Shown: positions 52,001 through 64,000 of the stretch, in pieces
Numbering within the stretch: position 1 is the stretch's first letter
Layout of the letters: every line of letters starts with the position of its first letter
NCBI GenBank assembly: GCA_964016885.1
Contig: OZ024740.1
Location: 306,652,001-306,716,000, forward strand
Origin: Eledone cirrhosa
Taxonomy: Eukaryota
Direction: 5' to 3'
DNA length: 64,000 nucleotides
Position numbers and translations under genes: made by a program
Notes under the pieces: model-generated
Told to the model about the DNA's origin: nothing
The model's input: the letters and a program-made list of their open reading frames with translations, nothing else
The model's database searches: none

Positions 52001-55000
52001 AACACCATCAACATTACCACCAACAACACCATCAACACTATCACCAACAACACCATTAACACTACCACCAACAACACCATCAACACTACCACCAACAACA
52101 CCATCAACACTATCACCAACAACACCATCAACACTACCACCAACAACACCATCAACACTACCACCAACACCATCAACACTATCACCAACAGCACCATCAA
52201 CACTACCACCAACAACACCATCAACACTACCACCAACAACACCATCAACACTATCACCAACACCACCATCAACACTACCACCAACAACACCATCAACACT
52301 ATCACCAACAACACCATCAACACTACCACCAAAAACACCATCAACACTATCACCAACAACACCATCAACACTATCACCAACAACACCATCAACACTACCA
52401 CCAACAACACCATCAACACTACCACCAACAACACCATCAACACTACCACCAACAACACCATCAACACAACCACCAACAATACCATCAGCACTATCACCAA
52501 CAACACCATTAACACTAGCACCAACAACACCATCAACACTACCACCAACAACACCATCAACACTACCACCAACAACACCATCAACACAACCACCAACAAT
52601 ACCATCAGCACTATCACCAACAACACCATTAGCACTACCACCAACAACACCATCAACACTACCACCAACAACACCATCAACACAACCACCAACAATACCA
52701 TCAGCACTATCACCAACAACACCATTAACACTACCACCAACAACACCATCAACACTATCACCAACAACACCATTAACACTACCACCAACAACACCATCAA
52801 CACTATCACCAACAACACCATCAACGCTACCACCACCAACAACATCAACACTACCACCAACAACACCATCAACACTACACCAACAACACCATCAACACTA
52901 CCAGCAACAACACCATCAACACTACCACCAACAACACCATCAAAACTACAACCAACAACATCAACACTACCACCAACAACAACATCAACACTACCACCAA
53001 CAACACCATCAACAGTACCACAAACAATACCATCAACACTACTACCAACAATACCATCAACACTACCACCAAAAACACCATCAACACTACCACCAACAAC
53101 ACCATCAACACTACCACCAACAACACCGTCAACACTATCACCAACAACACCGTCAACCCTATCACCAACAACACCATCAACACTACCACAAACAACACCA
53201 TCAACACTATAACCAACAACACCATCAACACTACCACAAACAACACCATCAACACTACCACCAACAACACCATCAACACTACCACCAACAATACCATCAA
53301 CACTACCACCAACAACACCATCAACACTACCACCAACAACACCATCAACACTACCACCAACAACACCATCAACAGTACCACAAACAATACCATCAACACT
53401 ACTACCAACAATACCATCAACACTACCACAAAAAACACCATCAACGCTACCACCAACAACACCGTCAACACTATCACCAACAACACCGTCAACCCTATCA
53501 CCAACAACACCATCAACACTACCACAAACAACACCATCAACACTATCACCAACAACACCTTCAACACTACCACCAACAACACCATCAATACTACCACCAA
53601 CAACACCATCAACACCATCACCAACAACACCATCAACACTACCACCAACAACACCATCAACACTACCACCAACAACACCATCAATACTACCACCAACAAC
53701 ACCATCAACACTACCACCAACAACACCTTCAACACTACCACCAACAACATCAACACTACCACCAACAACAACATCAACACTACCACCAACAACACCATCA
53801 ACACTACCACCAACAACACCATCAACACTATCACCAACAACACCATCAACACTACCACCAACAACACCATCAATACTACCACCAACAACACCATCAACAC
53901 TATCACCAACAACACCATCAACACTACTACCAACAATACCATCAACACTACCACCAACAACACCATCAACACTACCACCAACAACACCATCAACACTACC
54001 ACCAACAACACCATCAACACTATCACCAACAACACCATCAACACTACTACCAACAATACCATCAACACTACCACCAACAACACCATCAACACTACCACCA
54101 ACAACACCATCAACACTATCACCAACAACACCATCAACACTACTACCAACAATACCATCAACACTACCACCAACAACACCATCAACACTACCACCAACAA
54201 CACCATCAACACTACCACCAACAACACCGTCAACACTATCACCAACAACACCGTCAACCCTATCACCAACAACACCATCAACACTACCACCAACAACACC
54301 ATCAATACTACCACCAACAACACCATCAACACTATCACCAACAACACCATCAACACTACTACCAACAATACCATCAACACTACCACCAACAACACCATCA
54401 ACACTACCACCAACAACACCATCAACACTACCACCAACAACACCATCAACACTACCACCAACAACACCATCAACACTATCACCAACAACACCATCAACAC
54501 TATCACCAACAACACCATCAACACTACTACCAACAATACCATCAACACTACCACCAACAAAACCATCAACACTACCACCAACAACACCATCAACACTACC
54601 ACCAACAACACCATCAACACTACCACCAACAACACCATCAACACTATCACCAACAACACCATCAACACTACCACCAACAACACCATCAACACTACCACCA
54701 ACAACACCATCAACACTACCACCAACAACACCATCAACACTATCACCAACAACACCATCAACACTACCACCAACAACACCATCAACACTACCACCAACAA
54801 CACCATCAACACTATCACCAACAACACCATCAACACTATCACCAACAACACCATCAACACTACTACCAACAATACCATCAACACTACCACCAACAACACC
54901 ATCAACACTATCACCAACAACACCATCAACACTACCACCAACAACACCATCAACACTACCACCAACAACACCATCAACACTATCACCAACAACACCATCA

Positions 55001-58000
55001 ACACTATCACCAACAACACCATCAACACTACTACCAACAATACCATCAACACTACCACCAACAACACCATCAACACTACCACCAACAACACCATCAACAC
55101 TATCACCAACAACACCATCAACACTAACACCAACAACACCATCAACACTATCACCAACAACACCATCAACACTACCACCAAAAACACCATCAACACTACC
55201 ACCAACAACACCATCAACACTACCACCAACAACACCATCAACACAACCACCAACAATACCATCAGCACTATCACCAACAACACCATTAACACTACCACCA
55301 ACAACACCATCAACACTATCACCAACAACACCATTAACACTACCACCAACAACACCATCAACACTATCACCAACAACACCATCAACGCTACCACCACCAA
55401 CAACATCAACACTACAACCAACAACACCATCAACACTACACCAACAACACCATCAACACTACCACCAACAACACCATCAACACTACCACCAACAACACCA
55501 TCAACACTACCACCAACAACATCAACACTACCACCAACAACAACATCAACACTACCACCAACAACACCATCAACAGTACCACAAACAATACCATCAACAC
55601 TACTACCAACAATACCATCAACACTACCACCAAAAACACCATAAACGCTACCACCAACAACACCGTCAACACTATCACCAACAACACCGTCAACCCTATC
55701 ACCAACAACACCATCAACACTACCACAAACAACACCATAAACACTATAAACAACAACAACATCAACACTACCACAAACAACACCATCAACACTATCACCA
55801 ACAACACCATCAACACTATAACCAACAACAACATCAACACTACCACAAACAACACCATCAACACTATCACCAACAACACCATCAACACTATCACCAACAA
55901 CACCATCAACACTACCACCAACAACACCATCAACACTATCCCCAATAACACCATCAACACTACCACCAACAACACCATCAATACTACCACCAACAACACC
56001 ATCAACACCATCACCAACAACACCATCAACACTACCACCAACAACACCATCAACACTACCACCAACAACACCATCAATACTACCACCAACAACACCTTCA
56101 ACACTACCACCAACAACACCATCAACACTACCACCAACAACACCATCAACACTACCACCAACAACACCATCAACACTACCACCAACAACACCATTAACAC
56201 TACCACCAACAACACCATCAACACTACCACCAACAACACCATCAACACTACCACCAACAACACCATCAACACTATCACCAACAACACCATCAACACTATC
56301 ACCAACAACACCATTAACACTACCACCAACAACACCATCAACACTACCACCAACAACACCATCAACACTACCACCAACAACACCATTAACACTACCACCA
56401 ACAACACCATCAACACTACCACCAACAACACCATCAACACTACCACCAACAACACCATCAACATTACCACCAACAACACCATCAACACTATCACCAACAA
56501 CACCATTAACACTACCACCAACAACACCATCAACACTACCACCAACAACACCATCAACACTATCACCAACAACACCATCAACACTACCACCAACAACACC
56601 ATCAACACTACCACCAACACCATCAACACTATCACCAACAGCACCATCAACACTACCACCAACAACACCATCAACACTACCACCAACAACACCATCAACA
56701 CTATCACCAACACCACCATCAACACTACCACCAACAACACCATCAACACTATCACCAACAACACCATCAACACTACCACCAAAAACACCATCAACACTAT
56801 CACCAACAACACCATCAACACTATCACCAACAACACCATCAACACTACCACCAACAACACCATCAACACTACCACCAACAACACCATCAACACTACCACC
56901 AACAACACCATCAACACAACCACCAACAATACCATCAGCACTATCACCAACAACACCATTAACACTAGCACCAACAACACCATCAACACTACCAGCAACA
57001 ACACCATCAACACTACCACCAACAACACCATCAACACAACCACCAACAATACCATCAGCACTATCACCAACAACACCATTAGCACTACCACCAACAACAC
57101 CATCAACACTACCACCAACAACACCATCAACACAACCACCAACAATACCATCAGCACTATCACCAACAACACCATTAACACTACCACCAACAACACCATC
57201 AACACTATCACCAACAACACCATTAACACTACCACCAACAACACCATCAACACTATCACCAACAACACCATCAACGCTACCACCACCAACAACATCAACA
57301 CTACCACCAACAACACCATCAACACTACACCAACAACACCATCAACACTACCAGCAACAACACCATCAACACTACCATCAACAACACCATCAAAACTACC
57401 ACCAACAACATCAACACTACCACCAACAACAACATCAACACTACCACCAACAACACCATCAACAGTACCACAAACAATACCATCAACACTACTACCAACA
57501 ATACCATCAACACTACCACCAAAAACACCATCAACACTACCACCAACAACACCATCAACACTACCACCAACAACACCGTCAACACTATCACCAACAACAC
57601 CGTCAACCCTATCACCAACAACACCATCAACACTACCACAAACAACACCATCAACACTATAACCAACAACACCATCAACACTACCACAAACAACACCATC
57701 AACACTACCACCAACAACACCATCAACACTACCACCAACAATACCATCAACACTACCACCAACAACACCATCAACACTACCACCAACAACACCATCAACA
57801 CTACCACCAACAACACCATCAACAGTACCACAAACAATACCATCAACACTACTACCAACAATACCATCAACACTACCACAAAAAACACCATCAACGCTAC
57901 CACCAACAACACCGTCAACACTATCACCAACAACACCGTCAACCCTATCACCAACAACACCATCAACACTACCACAAACAACACCATCAACACTATCACC

Positions 58001-61000
58001 AACAACACCTTCAACACTACCACCAACAACACCATCAATACTACCACCAACAACACCATCAACACTACCACCAACAACACCTTCAACACTACCACCAACA
58101 ACATCAACACTACCACCAACAACAACATCAACACTACCACCAACAACACCATCAACACTACCACCAACAACACCATCAACACTATCACCAACAACACCAT
58201 CAACACTACCACCAACAACACCATCAATACTACCACCAACAACACCATCAACACTATCACCAACAACACCATCAACACTACTACCAACAATACCATCAAC
58301 ACTACCACCAACAACACCATCAACACTACCACCAACAACACCATCAACACTACCACCAACAACACCATCAACACTATCACCAACAACACCATCAACACTA
58401 CTACCAACAATACCATCAACACTACCACCAACAACACCATCAACACTACCACCAACAACACCATCAACACTATCACCAACAACACCATCAACACTACTAC
58501 CAACAATACCATCAACACTACCACCAACAACACCATCAACACTACCACCAACAACACCATCAACACTACCACCAACAACACCGTCAACACTATCACCAAC
58601 AACACCGTCAACCCTATCACCAACAACACCATCAACACTACCACCAACAACACCATCAATACTACCACCAACAACACCATCAACACTATCACCAACAACA
58701 CCATCAACACTACTACCAACAATACCATCAACACTACCACCAACAACACCATCAACACTACCACCAACAACACCATCAACACTACCACCAACAACACCAT
58801 CAACACTACCACCAACAACACCATCAACACTATCACCAACAACACCATCAACACTATCACCAACAACACCATCAACACTACTACCAACAATACCATCAAC
58901 ACTACCACCAACAAAACCATCAACACTACCACCAACAACACCATCAACACTACCACCAACAACACCATCAACACTACCACCAACAACACCATCAACACTA
59001 TCACCAACAACACCATCAACACTACCACCAACAACACCATCAACACTACCACCAACAACACCATCAACACTACCACCAACAACACCATCAACACTATCAC
59101 CAACAACACCATCAACACTACCACCAACAACACCATCAACACTACCACCAACAACACCATCAACACTATCACCAACAACACCATCAACACTATCACCAAC
59201 AACACCATCAACACTACTACCAACAATACCATCAACACTACCACCAACAACACCATCAACACTATCACCAACAACACCATCAACACTACCACCAACAACA
59301 CCATCAACACTACCACCAACAACACCATCAACACTATCACCAACAACACCATCAACACTATCACCAACAACACCATCAACACTACTACCAACAATACCAT
59401 CAACACTACCACCAACAACACCATCAACACTACCACCAACAACACCATCAACACTATCACCAACAACACCATCAACACTAACACCAACAACACCATCAAC
59501 ACTATCACCAACAACACCATCAACACTACCACCAAAAACACCATCAACACTACCACCAACAACACCATCAACACTACCACCAACAACACCATCAACACAA
59601 CCACCAACAATACCATCAGCACTATCACCAACAACACCATTAACACTACCACCAACAACACCATCAACACTACCACCAACAACACCATCAACACTACCAC
59701 CAACAACACCATCAACACAACCACCAACAATACCATCAGCACTATCACCAACAACATCATTAACACTACCACCAACAACACCATCAACACTACCACCAAC
59801 AACACCATCAACACTACCACCAACAACACCGTCAACACAACCACCAACAATACCATCAGCACTATCACCAACAACACCATTAACACTACCACCAACAACA
59901 CCATCAACACTATCACCAACAACACTATTAACACTACCACCAACAACACCATCAACACTATCACCAACAACACCATCAACGCTACCACCACCAACAACAT
60001 CAACACTACCACCAACAACACCATCAACACTACCACCAACAACACCATCAACACTACCACCAACAACATCAACACTACCACCAACAACAACATCAACACT
60101 ACCACCAACAACACCATCAACAGTACCACAAACAATACCATCAACACTACTACCAACAATACCATCAACACTACCACCAAAAACACCATCAACGCTACCA
60201 CCAACAACACCGTCAACACTATCACCAACAACACCGTCAACCCTATCACCAACAACACCATAAACACTATAACCAACAACAACATCAACACTACCACAAA
60301 CAACACCATCAACACTACCACCAACAACACCATCAACACTACCACCAACAATACCATCAACACTACCACCAACAACACCATCAACACTATCACCAACAAC
60401 ACCTTCAACACTACCACCAACAACACCATCAATACTACCACCAACAACACCATCAACACCATCACCAACAACACCATCAACACTACCACCAACAACACCA
60501 TCAACACTACCACCAACAACACCATCAATACTACCACCAACAACACCATCAACACTACCACCAACAACACCTTCAACACTACCACCAACAACACCATCAA
60601 CACTACCACCAACAACAACATCAACACTACCACCAACAACACCATCAACACTACCACCAACAACACCATCAACACTACCACCAACAACACCATCAACACT
60701 ATCACCAACACCACCATCAACACTACCACCAACAACACCATCAACACTATCACCAACAACACCATCAACACTACCACCAAAAACACCATCAACACTATCA
60801 CCAACAACACCATCAACACTATCACCAACAACACCATCAACACTACCACCAACAACACCATCAACACTACCACCAACAACACCATCAACACTACCACCAA
60901 CAACACCATCAACACAACCACCAACAATACCATCAGCACTATCACCAACAACACCATTAACACTAGCACCAACAACACCATCAACACTACCACCAACAAC

Positions 61001-64000
61001 ACCATCAACACTACCACCAACAACACCATCAACACAACCACCAACAATACCATCAGCACTATCACCAACAACACCATTAACACTACCACCAACAACACCA
61101 TCAACACTACCACCAACAACACCATCAACACAACCACCAACAATACCATCAGCACTATCACCAACAACACCATTAACACTACCACCAACAACACCATCAA
61201 CACTATCACCAACAACACCATTAACACTACCACCAACAACACCATCAACACTATCACCAACAACACCATCAACGCTACCACCACCAACAACATCAACACT
61301 ACCACCAACAACACCATCAACACTACACCAACAACACCATCAACACTACCAGCAACAACACCATCAACACTACCACCAACAACACCATCAAAACTACCAC
61401 CAACAACATCAACACTACCACCAACAACAACATCAACACTACCACCAACAACACCATCAACAGTACCACAAACAATACCATCAACACTACTACCAACAAT
61501 ACCATCAACACTACCACCAAAAACACCATCAACGCTACCACCAACAACACCGTCAACACTATCACCAACAACACCCTCAACCCTATCACCAACAACACCA
61601 TCAACACTACCACAAACAACACCATCAACACTATAACCAACAACACCATCAACACTACCACAAACAACACCATCAACACTACCACCAACAACACCATCAA
61701 CACTACCACCAACAATACCATCAACACTACCACCAACAACACCATCAACACTACCACCAACAACACCATCAACACTACCACCAACAACACCATCAACAGT
61801 ACCACAAATAATACCATCAACACTACTACCAACAATACCATCAACACTACCACAAAAAACACCATCAACGCTACCACCAACAACACCGTCAACACTATCA
61901 CCAACAACACCGTCAACCCTATCACCAACAACACCATCAACACTACCACAAACAACACCATCAACACTATCACCAACAACACCTTCAACACTACCACCAA
62001 CAATACCATCAATACTACCACCAACAACACCATCAACACCATCACCAACAACACCATCAACACTACCACCAACAACACCATCAACACTACCACCAACAAC
62101 ACCATCAATACTACCACCAACAACACCATCAACACTACCACCAACAACACCTTCAACACTACCACCAACAACATCAACACTACCACCAACAACAACATCA
62201 ACACTACCACCAACAACACCATCAACACTACCACCAACAACACCATCAACACTATCACCAACAACACCATCAACACTACCACCAACAACACCATCAATAC
62301 TACCACCAACAACACCATCAACACTATCACCAACAACACCATCAACACTACTACCAACAATACCATCAACACTACCACCAACAACACCATCAACACTACC
62401 ACCAACAACACCATCAACACTACCACCAACAACACCATCAACACTATCACCAACAACACCATCAACACTACTACCAACAATACCATCAACACTACCACCA
62501 ACAACACCATCAACACTACCACCAACAACACCATCAACACTACCCCCAACAACACCATCAATACTACCACCAACAACACCATCAACACTATCACCAACAA
62601 CACCATCAACACTACTACCAACAATACCATCAACACTACCACCAACAACACCATCAACACTACCACCAACAACACCATCAACACTACCACCAACAACACC
62701 ATCAACACTACCACCAACAACACCATCAACACTATCACCAACAACACCATCAACACTATCACCAACAACACCATCAACACTACTACCAACAATACCATCA
62801 ACACTACCACCAACAACACCATCAACACTACCACCAACAACACCATCAACACTACCACCAACAACACCATCAACACTACCACCAACAACACCATCAACAC
62901 TATCACCAACAACACCATCAACACTACCACCAACAACACCATCAACACTACCACCAACAACACCATCAACACTACCACCAACAACACCATCAACACTATC
63001 ACCAACAACACCATCAACACTACCACCAACAACACCATCAACACTACCACCAACAACACCATCAACACTATCACCAACAACACCATCAACACTATCACCA
63101 ACAACACCATCAACACTACTACCAACAATACCATCAACACTACCACCAACAACACCATCAACACTATCACCAACAACACCATCAACACTACCACCAACAA
63201 CACCATCAACACTACCACCAACAACACCATCAACACTATCACCAACAACACCATCAACACTATCACCAACTACACCATCAACACTACTACCAACAATACC
63301 ATCAACACTACCACCAACAACACCATCAACACTACCACCAACAACACCATCAACACTACCACCAACAACACCATCAACACTACCACCAACAACACCATCA
63401 ACACTATCACCAACAACACCATCAACACTACCACCAACAACACCATCAACACTATCACCAACAACACCATCAACACTACCACCAAAAACACCATCAACAC
63501 TACCACCAACAACACCATCAACACTACCACCAACAACACCATCAACACAACCACCAACAATACCATCAGCACTATCACCAACAACACCATTAACACTACC
63601 ACCAACAACACCATCAACACTACCACCAACAACACCATCAACACTACCACCAACAACACCATCAACACAACCACCAACAATACCATCAGCACTATCACCA
63701 ACAACACCATTAACACTACCACCAACAACAACATCAATACTACCACCAACAATACCATCAACACTACCACCAACAATACTATCAACACTACCACCAACAA
63801 TACTATCAACACTACCACCAACAACACCATCAACACTACCACCAACAACAGCATCAACACTACCACCAACAACACCATCAACACTACCACCAACAACACC
63901 AACAACACTACCACCAACAACACCATCAACACTACCACCAACAACACCATCAACACTACCACCAACAACACCATCAACACTACCACCAACAACACCATCA
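31960..64000. repeat. 24-bp satellite (ACCACCAACAACACCATCAACACT)n, >32 kb, with higher-order duplications; runs off the window
   Basis: Unit of eight A-N-Y triplets. Variant-defined blocks repeat at periods 2709, 2638 and 4450 bp. Confidence 0.97.

Noticed and set aside
31950-63998. Huge ORFs (NTTTNNTI, PSTLPPTT mucin-like, MVLLVVVL, VVGGSVDG repeats)
   Set aside because: These are translations of a 24-bp satellite lacking stops in several frames. Single-base indels swap frames repeatedly, and no signal peptide, unique domain or splice context is evident.

Overview
Eukaryotic, repeat-dominated, apparently gene-free window. The microsatellite density, tRNA-SINE types and RTE remnants suggest a cephalopod (octopus-like) genome; this is an inference. 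The only real protein-coding element is a disrupted Penelope-like retroelement of the Naiad type (RT + GIY-YIG, 8720-11239). It lies between ~780-bp direct pseudo-LTRs, each carrying a minimal hammerhead ribozyme, and is interrupted by a SINE with a 13-bp TSD. Just upstream (5.6-7.6 kb), a (TA)n-rich zone holds three more unrelated, same-strand hammerhead motifs. One of them has a 28-bp inverted-repeat junction exactly at its predicted cleavage site. The rest of 1-24 kb is SINEs, MITEs, a mariner derivative, RTE fragments, a foldback-like element built from a 69-bp minisatellite, and a near-perfect palindrome. From 19 kb to the end the window is mostly triplet-derived satellites, including a >32-kb 24-bp array with kb-scale higher-order duplications. 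The very long ORFs there are repeat artefacts.
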